A stretch of DNA of 64,000 bases from Trichoplax adhaerens (lineage: Eukaryota > Animalia > Placozoa), in the NCBI RefSeq assembly GCF_000150275.1, contig NW_002060957.1:699825-763824 (forward strand), in the 5' to 3' direction. The notes beneath the pieces were generated by a model. That model saw only the letters and a list, made by a program, of their open reading frames with translations. It ran no database searches and was not told the origin of the DNA. The translations under genes were made by a program, and so were the position numbers. Positions within the stretch are counted from its first letter, which is position 1. Each line of letters opens with the position of its first letter. Positions 16,563-29,359 of the stretch are shown here, piece after piece.

Positions 16563-16730
16563 GGATCTAATTGATTCAGTGGTAATATTGGCAGCTTAAT
16601 GGTACAGTATCAGTACTAGTCTACGATGGAGTGATGATGATAATGGATCTAATCATTTCAGAGGTAATGTATTGGCAGGCTAAGGTACAGCCTCAGTGGT
16701 GGCCTACGATTGAATGATAATAATATCGTA
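16563..16730. repeat. Diverged tandem duplication, 2 x ~82 bp
   Basis: GGATCTAAT...TATTGGCAG...GGTACAG...CTACGAT repeated at 16563 and ~16645. Confidence 0.7.
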
Positions 16731-16972
16731 GTTGATTTACTGTACTGTATCATCTAACTTGATTGATGATCACTACTATCCGTTTTTGAGTGTCTAGTAC
16801 GTAAATATACCCAAGACAGGATTATCTTCTGTTACAAAATGAATTGTTAATTTATAGGATTGGATTGATTGATGGAACAGAATTCCGTATCATTCTAAAT
16901 TTTATAAGCCATAGTAGAGCATAACCATATCCGCGCAGTAACGGTTGCGCAGATCGAGAGTCCATGTTTGTT

Positions 16973-16986
16973 ATTGCCATGGTAAC
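16973..16986 (+). promoter_or_regulatory. RFX X-box candidate
   Basis: ATTGCCATGGTAAC is one mismatch from the X-box GTTGCCATGG(C/T)AAC and lies ~170 bp upstream of the start codon of a motile-cilia gene. Confidence 0.7.
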
Positions 16987-17151
16987 CGAGTGATTTCTGT
17001 ATTCATCAAGTAAAAGTAGTGCTATTCGAGTTATATTGCTTGGGCCTTGTACTGTATATTCAATTAGTATCGGTTATTGCATTGCAAAGCCAGTAAAAAT
17101 TATAAAAACAATTTTACTATCCACGCATTTCATCCTCATTTCCAGTCCAAA

Positions 17152-20100
17152 ATGAATATGCCACGAGAAGAAGTTTACGATCAAGACAACGATGAAGAAG
17201 AAATCCCTAAAAGTTCCTTCACAACTTATGTGGCTGAGGGAGACGCGTTATTCAAAAATAAAGAATATTATAAAGCACTACAAAGCTATTCCACGGTAAT
17301 ATGACGTTAATTTCTGAAGAGGACATACAGTAACCCAGTAGCAACGTATTGAAAGTAGTTGTCGCTGATATTGAGATTCTTAATTAATCGTATACCTTAA
17401 TCACTTCTATGATAATAAGATCTAAAATTAAGTCAATATAATATGCCTACTTTTAAATGTTTCAAATCGTACAAATTTTGAATAGTTAATCGTATTACAC
17501 CCCCTACCATTTATATAAAAAAAATTGAAATTCTTCCAGTGTAAACCAAGTTAATTAACGTAGTACTTGATGATTCGAATTATGTGATACTAGAACTCAT
17601 AGCTGAATTACTTAGTTACTGATGACTTAGTTAGCTTCTGAATTAACTTTCTCAAGTAAATCAATCCAACAATTTAGTTCTCGATCTCATAGGTTAAGCG
17701 ATAGCTGAGATCATAATAATATAGCAATATAGTTCATCTAGAACAAATAAAAAACTTTCTGAAATGTCAATTAAAGTTATTCTTAATGATTCCAGTCGTG
17801 CTGTATTTCACAGCCAATAATGGCATAAGATGGTCATTTTATATCGTAGCAAGACTTTTAAATCATCGATTGTTATTCTTGATGCTTTGATTATTATGAT
17901 ATTTCATTATCGTGCTGTATGTTCGATTGAAATTGAATGATGTCCCGAAGGATTAGCTTGGCGAAGTTAGATTACACACTCGTTGAGAACTACCGCACTT
18001 TTTAGAGCTAAAAACGTAGTTTACAACTATTTTCCATCAATAGTAATTTTTTATTGATTAGATCCTTGAAAATTGTTCTAAAACAGATTTTTTGCTTATT
18101 TACTAATATGGCTAAGCTACTTTTGAGGACTTAACTATAAATAGCGAATTTTAATTATTTTTTCTCGATGGAATTATTATTAGATCAGATCTCGCTTAAT
18201 TTATTAAGAATCAGATTTCTACTTCAGTAAAACTGTTTATTTTAATGGCTTAACCATAACCACTTTTAAAATAATAACAACGGGTTCAGTTTGTAATTAT
18301 CAATAGATGAAATTTATCACCCTTTCACTCCTGTTTTAATCATAAGTAGTTAAGCTAAAATGATTGCATGCAGTAACAAATAGAGATCTTATTTGACTTT
18401 TATTAATAAAATATAGATCATATGGAATACTAAGCAAGTCTGTGCTTGTATTTTGATGAAATCTTCTCTTATATCATAGGCTCTGGAACTACAAACTGAT
18501 AGTTACTGCCTAGTATCGAGATCAAAATGTTACCTGCAGATAGGAGACACAGACTCTGCCTTACGTGATGCCGAAGCCGCCTTAGCGGAAGATAGTAACT
18601 TTAGCAAGGTATAAACTTACTTTCTAAAAGTGATTAATAAAGACTAATTATTGTATGATAGACAACGTGGTGAAGCTAATTTCCTAAAAATTTCTCATAT
18701 CATATCATATCACTGAAGATAATTCTAGCTAAAAGTCAAAGTTGTAAATATAAATCTTATCTTATACCTCATGATTCAAATTAATTATTACCGGTGGTGA
18801 TAATTCGATTCAGACATCTTTACAGTCAGAATCTTTAGTCAAGTCTCAATTAATGTCGCAACACAACATATCAATCATCTTTAAAAGAATATCAATTTAA
18901 CGGGCAATGGAACAAATATTTTATAGGGATTACATGCTAAAGCTGAAGCTTTATATGCCATGGGAGACTTTGAATATGCTCTGGTTCATTACCATCGCGG
19001 ACACAAGCTACGACCGGAGTTAAACGAATTTCGATTAGGAATTCAGAAAGCAAAGGAAGCTATCGATAATTCGATAGGAAGTAAGTAAAATCAGATAATA
19101 ATAGGAGATTAATGAATCACGAATTACTATTATGAAGTATGAACGATAGAGTTATTGCCAATATTTCAACTGCCGGATTAATTAAATCGCTTTAATATTT
19201 TATTTCAGGCCCTTCACGCGTCAAGCTGGAGACTAAGGGTGATTTATCATTCTTTAACAAGCAGGATGAATCGGTAACAAAAAGCAAAGTTTCATTAATA
19301 GCTATCACATCGGTAAGCATGTTATTCATATCGAAATAGACTAATGTCTTGATGTATTTGAAGAATAAGAAATTAAAAAGTATTGTCAAAGCTACATCGA
19401 ATCGATTACCAGTTGGACTACACGCCAATCCTCTCGGACAAAGAAAGAAATCTACAAAACCAGTTGAAAGCTCGGATAAAACTATCAAACAGGTTATCTA
19501 TTGAACACTGTTCTATAATATCAAGTAATGACAATAACGCGGTAATTAAATTTTCAAGTATTCTATTGATATTCACTGTTATTTTCTAAAATTGAATATA
19601 GCTACTCGGGGAACTGTATGAAGACAAATTATATCTAGAAAAGTTATTAAGCAACGGAGGTAAATGCTCAAATTATTCATCCTATGAAAATCTATGAGTC
19701 TGGTTAAATTCTAGCAATTTCTTGCTTAGAGTTGCTTAGCTATACATTTTGAATAGTTAAATCATTTACATAGTTCCTTTTTCCTTCCTTTATTAATAGT
19801 TTCTTCAATTTTAGTCACTATGTATTACATAAGCTTATCTATTAACCAAGCTCCTTTAACGCTAATATAGATTTTGTACATGGTAAACACGATCAAGCCA
19901 TTTACCAGTGTATACAAGAAGGTTTAGGCTACTTGGACAGTAGGACCGAGTTTTGGAGGCAACAAAAACCACTCTATGCTCGAAAGAAGCAAAAGAAAGC
20001 AAACAAAGATAGAAGAAGCAAGAGCCCAACTCATCGTATCCTAATTATGGAAAAACTTTGAAGCTAAAAATGATCCTTATCTCTGTTTACTGTGATTAGT

Positions 20101-21820
20101 GTTTATGTTTTTGTCAATAATTATCCAGCGTTACGCAAAATGGATATGAATTTTCAATAATTTCCTTAACATGATACAAATTAGAATCTAACATGACAAA
20201 ATATATCGTTCATACACTGGAAGAAATTGATGCAGGTAAGATTAATCATCTAGTAGGTAGACCTACTTACATATAATAATCTATGGAGCTTTTACAAATA
20301 GAATATATGTAATCTTATATTCTATAAGCGTTACACATCTCCACTTAAGGTCTTACGACTGCAGTAAACTAGTATTCTGCGTTGGAACCTTTCAGAATAT
20401 ATGCAGTTTTATATACTATAAGCCATACAGCACATGCCGACAGTTTTATGCAAATCCCCAGTTAAAGTCCAATGATTGCAATTAACTATTTACAAAATTA
20501 TCAGAGCTAACTCCATTGGTCAATGCTCACTCGGCATATATCTTAATTTATACTTTACTTTTCCTACTTAATGATGGTAGCTCTCGCTGAAGGCAGACCT
20601 GATGATGGACTGAAAAAAGCTCAGTCATGCCTTCGAACAGTTGAATCGCTTGATATCGAAGATGTACCGAATAAAATGGAAGTCATAGCTAATCTACACA
20701 GTTGTATTGGTAATGCTATGTTTGATCAAGGTAATATGGATGGCGCTCTGGTACATCATCGAAAAGATCTGGAGATTGGCAAGAAGAAGTGCGTAAAAAT
20801 ATGCCTTGTCACTTAAATTATTACTACACATTATCTTAATAACTAGAGCTACTTTGATATATCGGTAACCCTTAAGGTGTTTGTTAATCCCAAGCGTGTT
20901 AATTTTACGTTATTAGTGAGATACAAGAAGCGATTGGACGTGCATTAGACAACATGGGTCGTGTCTATGCTAGAAAAGGAGAATTCGCTAAAGCAATTGA
21001 TTTGTACGTGTTGTATAGGATAGCATGATAGCATATTATCCTAAGTCGAGGTGGTCATGCTCTATAATAAGTTAATTTATCGTTTTCTGCTCTATATTTA
21101 CAACAGCTGGGAGGAGAAACTACCTATGAAGCAAACACCTTTGGAAAGCACTTGGCTATACCACGAAATTGGACGTTGCCATTTGGAATTAGAACATTAC
21201 GTTGAAGCACGACGCTATGGTGAGAAATCGCTTGCCAATGCTGAAGAAGCTCAAGATAATGAATGGCAGCTCAATGCTTGTGTACTCATTGCCCAAGCAA
21301 ATGGTAAAAGAATAGCATTGAAATTGATTGCCCTTAGGTACTAATGTTTGTTCGGGTTTTGTACGCTAGCTAACAGGATCAATCTTTCTGTCTTATAGTT
21401 AAGTTGAGCAACATTGCAGATGCAGTAGAAATGTTCGAGAGAGGACTTGAAATTGCCAAGGTAATTGGTGACAAGAAAGCAGAAAAAGGAATACAACGTG
21501 CACTTGAAGACACGAGTGCCAAACTTATTGCTAATATGAAAAATAATAGACGTGGAAGTGAAAGTGATAGTAGACCTACTACTACTGAGCAAGAAGCTCA
21601 AGATGACTATGAACGCGACGCAGAAGAAGTTGCCGATGAAGTTCAGAGCGAAACTAATAAAGATGATGATGCCAGCAAGTACGAAGAATCTGTAAAGGAG
21701 GACGACAATGATGAAGGCAATGATGTCGATAATACGAATACAGAAGAGGATGACCGTAACGGTAGAAATGATGCAAAGGCACAAGATGAGGCTGCAGAAG
21801 AAGTACCTGAAGAAGATTAA
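17152..21820 (+). CDS. TTC25: Outer dynein arm docking complex subunit 4 (TPR protein TTC25)
   Basis: About 12 exons encoding SSFTTYVAEGD, CLVSRSKCYLQIGD, KAEALYAMGDFEYALVHYHRGHKLRPEL...FRLGIQKAKEAIDNSIG, LLGELYEDKLYLEKLL, YLDSRTEFWRQQKPLYAR, ANLHSCIGNA and LESTWLYHEIGRCHLEL, followed by an acidic tail. Confidence 0.93.
20036..20184 (+). other. U12-type (minor spliceosome) GT-AG intron in TTC25
   Basis: 5' end GTATCCT and branch site TTCCTTAAC at 20162-20170, with the intron ending 14 nt later at AG. Removal keeps the frame (...PTH-Q-SNMTKYIV...). Confidence 0.8.
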
Positions 21821-24074
21821 TTTAAGATTGCAATCATATCGATTTCATTGGATATAAACAATCATATTTTTATGGCTGCTAGCGGTTGTATTTTGCCGCT
21901 AATTGCCCATATCGATTCTCAATTCTTAGAGTAATAGTTAACGATGCTTCTTGCTTTCTGCATCTGATGTTATATTTCACTTCATGATCTCTTCTTAATT
22001 AGAACTGTATATGGTTAGTTTTATGATATCACTGTATCGTATACATAACTTTAATGTATTTAGTCTTCTATATTGATAATTTTAAATATCAATCATAATT
22101 CCATAATGCTGGTAAGGATTACCATTATCATGAAATAATTTGCTGTTTAGCGATGTTGGCCCGTTCTTAATGGTCTTTCCTTAATACTTTATAGATCTAA
22201 CTAACATGATATTGATGGCTGTAATTGTAATAAAAGACGAGTTAATATGAATTTAAATATAAATAAACGCTAATTTTTATCATTAATTGGGTTTTATAAT
22301 TTATTCTATCAAGATATAGCCAAGTTAGGATACCAGATAGGAGACGAATACATTGCTTACCATTGTAGTGATTCTTGGCAAAATTAGTTAATTTGTATAA
22401 ATTGCAGATATCCTCGTAACTTTCAGTAGAGGAAATTATTGGCTTACTTCTTAACGTAATCGATAGAATTGTCAAATCTTTTGATATATGAATACTGAGC
22501 TACAGGTTATCAAAACGTGACAATATCTCACGATGGCGATATCCGCTAGTGAAGTTTAAATATTATTTACTATCATCTTAGTCTATTATATATAGACTAC
22601 CAAATTATGACAGCATGTCTTAATGATGTCTTTAAATTTACGAAGGCTTAAAAAGAGTTTTTGAGCTCCATCTTAGAATAGAATTTTAAATTATGGCTGC
22701 ATCTTGAGTAGCAATAGGGTAATTCTGTTCCTATCCTTGATAAGGCTACTTATTATACTGCTTATTATCATTAAAAGTAAGTATAATCTAGATAGTATAA
22801 TTTGTACTAGGTAATTAGTGACCCATATTTATTAGATTGATTTTGTATAGTTAATGAATAATCATCATTGAAAAATAAATAAAATCATTAAAATCTAGAC
22901 CGTTTCAGTATATTACTGTACCTGATAGTTATTTGCTTAGTTATATATTGGATAGACTTTTATGAAATTATTAATAGAGCTAACACTTTCAACGCTAAGG
23001 CGGCAATAGGTTACAATTCGGTTACAAATCTTCATAAGGTTAGTTATTTTATAGCTTACTATTGTATAATCTTGTAGTGATTACAGCTAGTTACAGTAGA
23101 TATATGTTATAGGGATGAGAACCCAAGCACTAAAAATCTAGATAGCATAATCTGCAGTGTGTAATTGGTTAGCTGCATTTATTAGATTTATTTTGTATAG
23201 GTAATACATGATCATTTCATCGTTAATTGTGGCTGGCTAATTGCAGGTATGACTATCAACTAACTTTAGTAATGTCTACATCTAGCTGATTATTACTGGA
23301 AATAGTAAACAACATGTATACTGTATTATTAAACTGTCCGATTAGGTCTGCTATCAATATTTATTATTCTAGTTTTATATCTAGAAATTGACATTAAAAT
23401 TTTTATGGCACTTTATGTAAAGGCTGCAGTATATATGGGGGAAACCTCTCGAAGTATCCCAGTTACAGGACGTATATTATATGCATATTACAATGCAACA
23501 AAATAGAATTTTTCAGAATAACAAAAGGTGCCTGTAGCGATTAGAATAGCTATGGCATATCCTTGTACCTATTTGCTGCTGTGATGTGATATTAGCATAA
23601 AATCAATTAAGAAACCAGGCTGTCTTCCGCTTTATTTACCTTATTATAGGCTACATTATTATCTTTTTTTTAATGGATACAATAGTTGTCCTACATTAAT
23701 AAATTTCAGCTTGAATTTCTATTCGTCTGTTGGTCTTCTGGAATGATAAACATCTCCTAGCAAATTAGAGTTATAACAATTTAAAGGGTTTCATCAATAG
23801 TGCCGAAAAATATTAGGATAGCGAGATTTAATACGATTGGATAATGTAGTTGTTAAGATAATCACCATGATACAATAGTTATTTGAGTTTTATGATAAAT
23901 TATGAACTGTCTACATATTCTATTTTTTTACTTTCTATATCTTCCGTTCTTCCTATAGCTGTTTCAGACTATGAATAGCATTCTAATCGGAAAGATTATT
24001 CCATTAACCATTTGGCCCTAATTACGATAAATGTGCTTTTGAGAAATTGTCTCCGTCAACAATTTACAGTAAAG

Positions 24075-25079
24075 ATGGCAGCGGCAACTGAATACAAAGT
24101 ATGGAAATACCCAAGATGCGATAAGGATAACTGCTCTAGTCAACAGCATTTTGGACATTTAAGGATTACTAATTTAGTTCATGCCACACATTTAAAATTC
24201 GCCATTAGTATCTGTACTGCTAATCAAGATTATTATGCCTTCAGAATGAGAGGATTGAATCTAGCGAATAACCGAAAGCAATCCCATGAAATTGGAGCGT
24301 GTTTTGGAATTCGAACGGCTAAAATGACTTCTACTAATGATGGTATTTATCAGACCAACCCATATATGAAAGAATCAACCTATCAACGTTATTCGCCTGC
24401 TTTTAATCAAACGCGCTATGGAGGTGTTCAATTCATTGTTCATGAAGAGTTAACGAAAAGATTAATTCAGCAGTGTGTAAAAAAATCCCTGTTTACCGCT
24501 AGACATAAATCAAAATTTTCGCAACGCATTAAATTATCGATATCAGGGGGTAGCTATCATGCTTATTCGTCAACAAACGATGATTTAGCATACTCCAACT
24601 GGTCAGATATTTTATGCTGCGATAATCAAAGTGGTTACTGGTTTTGGAATTATCATAAAATTCCAACGTGGAAGGGCGGAAAATTTCCATGGGAAGAGCT
24701 TGAATTTACTATTAACGGCGATGATAACGCGCGAATTATGGATAACCAATGTAGAAACAGCTCGCTACCCTACTGCAAGATCGATATCCAAAATAATCAT
24801 CGCTATTTGTACATCCGGAAAGATATGATAAAAATTCAAGTTTTAGATCATCCAACATCGCATTCTTCTCGACAATATAAAAGTAACCGAGATGATTTTT
24901 GTATTCCCAGTATGAGGGAGCAAAATGATGGGTACAATTTTACTTGCCAATTTCAGGAATTTAAAGCAAAATTAAATGCAATGCAAGTTACAAATGAATT
25001 ATATCGTAGCTGTGATTTATTCTTAAATAAGGACGATTTTGAAATTTCAACAAGGGAATACATCAAAGATTTGGATTAA
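24075..25079 (+). CDS. Intronless uncharacterised protein, 334 aa; possible ADP-ribosyltransferase-like fold
   Basis: A 1-kb uninterrupted ORF in very AT-rich DNA, with a good start context (AAAGATGGCA) just after an acceptor-like TTTACAG. Motifs: LVHATH, SPAFNQTRYGGVQF, GYWFW, PWEELEF. The fold assignment is inference. Confidence 0.75.
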   Translation: MAAATEYKVWKYPRCDKDNCSSQQHFGHLRITNLVHATHLKFAISICTANQDYYAFRMRGLNLANNRKQSHEIGACFGIRTAKMTSTNDGIYQTNPYMKESTYQRYSPAFNQTRYGGVQFIVHEELTKRLIQQCVKKSLFTARHKSKFSQRIKLSISGGSYHAYSSTNDDLAYSNWSDILCCDNQSGYWFWNYHKIPTWKGGKFPWEELEFTINGDDNARIMDNQCRNSSLPYCKIDIQNNHRYLYIRKDMIKIQVLDHPTSHSSRQYKSNRDDFCIPSMREQNDGYNFTCQFQEFKAKLNAMQVTNELYRSCDLFLNKDDFEISTREYIKDLD

Positions 25080-28000
25080 CTTTTTCCTAATCAACGTATA
25101 CGCCAGGAAGCTGTTATCCCCAATTTTATCTGTTTTGATATTCTAATATTGAAGATACTATCGACTAATGATAATATTGACCCCAAATGTTTTCCGTTTA
25201 CATTAGGCGTGTAATGATTTCAGATAATGGTAGTTACACAGTGGGCAGCTAATAGGATGAGATGGTGCACTTGTAGTATTTTTATTATGAGATTGGGATT
25301 TTCCAATTAAGGCTGTATCTGATAGCCAACTATAGGATTAACAGTAAAGACAGGAGACTACTACTCGGTCATTAACATTGCAAGGCAACACAGCTATTGG
25401 ATCTAAGCCTATTTTCGAATTGCAATAGTTAATGATCATGCCAATCCTACGAAAGGTGACGTAAGTAATGCAGAATCCGTCAATGGTATATATCAAAGGA
25501 ATATTCATATTTAGCTCGATTTCTAATTCAGCCAGGAGAATAGTTTTTCCTTTTAAAAAATGTTCCAAGGATATTAAGATTAATGTTCTACAGTAATATA
25601 CGTACGTTGTTCCTTCTTCTTTCTCGATTAGTTTATTTATGAAAAAACATTATAAATCATATATTGGAATACTTTAGAAAAGCCATAAGAACATCGAAGA
25701 TTGCTATTCTGCGGTATTACAACTACCGTGGGCATTATTCAAACTATGGACTTCAGTTGGTATCTTCATCAGCCGCTATATATACACTACCGACGATTAA
25801 TTTAGAATCAAAAGCAAGTAATTTGAAGCTTGATCTTGGAGATAAGCTCAGAGATAATTTATGAACGTTGTTCTACGTATAACGCTTTCTCCTCTAAGAT
25901 AGTTTTCTTTAGTGGTTAGCTAAAGGGATTCCAGTTATAGATCGAATTATCACGTAATCGCTATCTGCAAGTCTACTAGATAATAATTCTTAATATTCAT
26001 ATGTGCTAAAATTTCGGTCTTGAAATGACTTACTGCACTCATGAGAAATTTAAATAATGCAGTGCAGAATTTTGTAATTTTTTCATAAGGGACCCACAGA
26101 GATGTAAATTAAAATCGCAACCGTTTCAATTTGGTAAAGATATTCAGACTAGCTTAAAAACATATAATACATATTTTGATAAAATCCGTTAATTAGAGTT
26201 TATTATTAATTGCAGTTTGGAAATAAGAAATTGTGACTATGATAGCAAATAAATTAGGCAGTCTAATAACAATATTAAATAGTGACTAACTCACTAACTA
26301 TACTGATCACATCATAATCTAGATGGATAATTTTTCATCCATTAAAGGATAATCTAAGTAATACAATAACATGTGATTCTTGCAGCTCTAGAAAGTTATT
26401 ACGTTGGCTGTATTTTACACTTTAGAAATAATAAATGACTGTTATTATATTACAGAAACGTTTAAGTGTCTCATTATCTTTCCTTATCATCATATCTGCA
26501 GGATCTACTTTTGACTTGACAGGCTTTCTTGCATTCTTTAAGAATAATTTGCTATTCACTATTATTTCTTTCTTCTCTATTTCAATAATAATGCGATCTA
26601 TTATGTAGTGCCGTTCCTTTAATATCAAGAAAGAAAACAATATACTAAGCCGAAATGATGTTCTATTAAGAACTAAGCTATTGTTTTTGGTATAGGATTT
26701 CTTGCTAGAATTGAACTTTCATCCACTTTATTAAATTTTATCTAATAATAAAATTAAAATACAATAGACTATCATCTATTGTATTCTATGTTATCTATGC
26801 TATCTAAGATCAGTTCGCTTAATATTATATTCCTTAGCCATATTATTATACCTAACATATGAATACAGAAAACTAGATTAGGCATGAACAATAATATGTC
26901 TAATTGTTCTTCCCATATTATCTACAGTTATAATTAAATCGACTAAACATCACCTTCAGTACTTATGTTCAGCCATAAATGACGACTGTAGCGTATCTTT
27001 ACGAAACCATCAGTATTAAGCACTAATATAATCACATCGATTAGATACTGTATTTATCGATGATGATAATTTGTAGCTAATCTGAACTTAAGAGAAAGCT
27101 AGATGATAACAAAAAGCCATTAATTAACTGACGGATTGCTAATAAAGTCTAGCACGATTAGAGAGATATTGGATGTCAGCGGTGGGCTGAGATCTACAGG
27201 AAAATGTTATAGTCATCGTTATTTTGTTATCAAATTGAGAATTAAATCGCAGGAGTCCAATATTTACTTATTTCTTGCAAAACATTCGAAATATCCTCGG
27301 AAAATGAAAGGATCTAAATATAGCTAAATATAGATTATGAACGTACATAAAGGGGTCTGTTAGATATCTTGTTCAATGACTGTAAATATTTAGCTGCTCC
27401 TAGAGTGAGTTAGATGCGAACTGGTTGTCCACTGTTGAGGTCGAGATGATGTCTTGCCGATCATGATTTAGAAATTGGAAAAGAATTTATTAAAATAGTT
27501 CTTCATCAGTTCGTTTAAAGTTACTAATAAATCTATTTGATCCCATAATTAATATTGTAGCAATTGAAGAACAAACCGAAGAACAAGATTGTCGAATATT
27601 ACATACTGCTTTTTAATCTTCCCTGATTTAAAAAGTTCAAGCTAAAAATCTCAAATATGGCCCCTAGCTCGCCTTTGCAATTGTGACATTCATTAATTAA
27701 TGCATCATCAATATTATAATTTTGTTGTGTGATGAATCATATGTTGACACCTAGCTACTAATTAACTAATATTAAATGTCATAGAAAGTGTGTTGTGATT
27801 CTGGCTATAATAAGTATGTAGACTGGGTTATTAATTAATTACTGTTTTTGCACCAACGAAGTTGGTGAGGATATATAAAGTCTCAAAGTTCTTAATTGAG
27901 AGTTAGTTACGTTAGTCGATGACAGATGGTTATCAGTTGCTAGTCGTAATTGTAAGTTGTGCGTTCAATCGGACATTTTAATAAAATAGCTTCTAGAATA

Positions 28001-29359
28001 AAGTTTTGATCCTTAGCGTGAGTAATCTATCGTCTAAGACTCGAATCTAAGTTTGGTTGATTAAAGAGTGCTTAGAGTTAGTTGCTTAGATAGTTAAGTC
28101 TACTTTAGAGGAAAGAATCCCGTTTAATTCTTGTGTTACAATCTCGGTTGTGACAGCAATACACACATGTTACTAGCAACTCTAGCATCTTGCACTAAAA
28201 TTGTTTACAATCAGCAATTATAACAAGATATAGTCTCACTTGTTATATGACGGCAAAAATTTAAAATTCGTTACAATTGTATTATGAAAGCGATAGAACT
28301 GTATTAAACAGAGATAGAAATAGCGATATCTATATTGCAACAATGATTGCCGATGTTCTTCTTAATTGATCAACGAAGATTTACTGCCTCTCTATCGCAT
28401 CACATAGGTCAAAGTTTACTCAGAAAGTGATCAATCATTATTTAATTCATATATCATAGATATAGCGGCTAGGCAATTAGATAAATTCACGTAATCTTAA
28501 CTGCTATCACTTAACATTTTCTACTTGTACAGCAGAATGCCAACCCAACATGAAATTTAGCTTGGATTAGTAGCAGACATACAGACAGAGAGATAGAGTG
28601 TGCTTGGCGCTCCGCGCAGATTGCAAAAGTAAATTAAATGCATAACCACAAATGTTATAATTAGCTTTCACCATGAAAAATTCTATTTGAATTATTCATG
28701 ACTGCTATGATTATCGCTGTAGGCGATTTAAATCATCATATACTAAATGATTAACGATCAGACTGATATTATCTCCACGAAATTAAATCTATCATTATCG
28801 TAACGATCGCCCTATAGGTAAAATCATTTTAATGCCTATCAACTTCATTACTAAGTATATTAGATTAATTCTAAACAGATTAATTAACGTAAAAAGCTGT
28901 AGCTGACTGTTGCCAAGTCAGACTACACATAGTATGAATCTTAATGGCCATCAAGCCATGATAGAATAGCACTATCAATTTATTCCTTCAGGCTATCAAT
29001 CAAGTAGACTTCTAATTAACATATTGTAAACTATGCAGATCACGTTAGTACCCAGGCTTTTATCATAACCAATTGACCATTGTCTTGTTGATCGTTAATA
29101 TGCAAGTAATTATTCAACTTTTTATTTATTTGCTTGGTCTTTTGCTCTATATGCTAATGACTGTTAATGCTGATATTGTTATGATCTTTCCGATGCTGAT
29201 CATTCTTTAATCACTACTGTACGAGTACCATATTATACTAACCTGGATTAAGTTAGTTGGACCCTAACTTGATTTCCTCCTTGATCTTATTCGTAGCATC
29301 TGGCGCGTTCATTTTGACCCATTTATCTAACCTAATTTGTTCAATTGATAGTTTCAATT

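Noticed and set aside
21341-21784. 147-aa hydrophobic minus-strand ORF
   Set aside because: It is the antisense shadow of the acidic last exon of TTC25.
24012-24074. TTG-initiated N-terminal extension of the orphan ORF
   Set aside because: Eukaryotic context; the ATG at 24075 has good context and follows an acceptor-like sequence.
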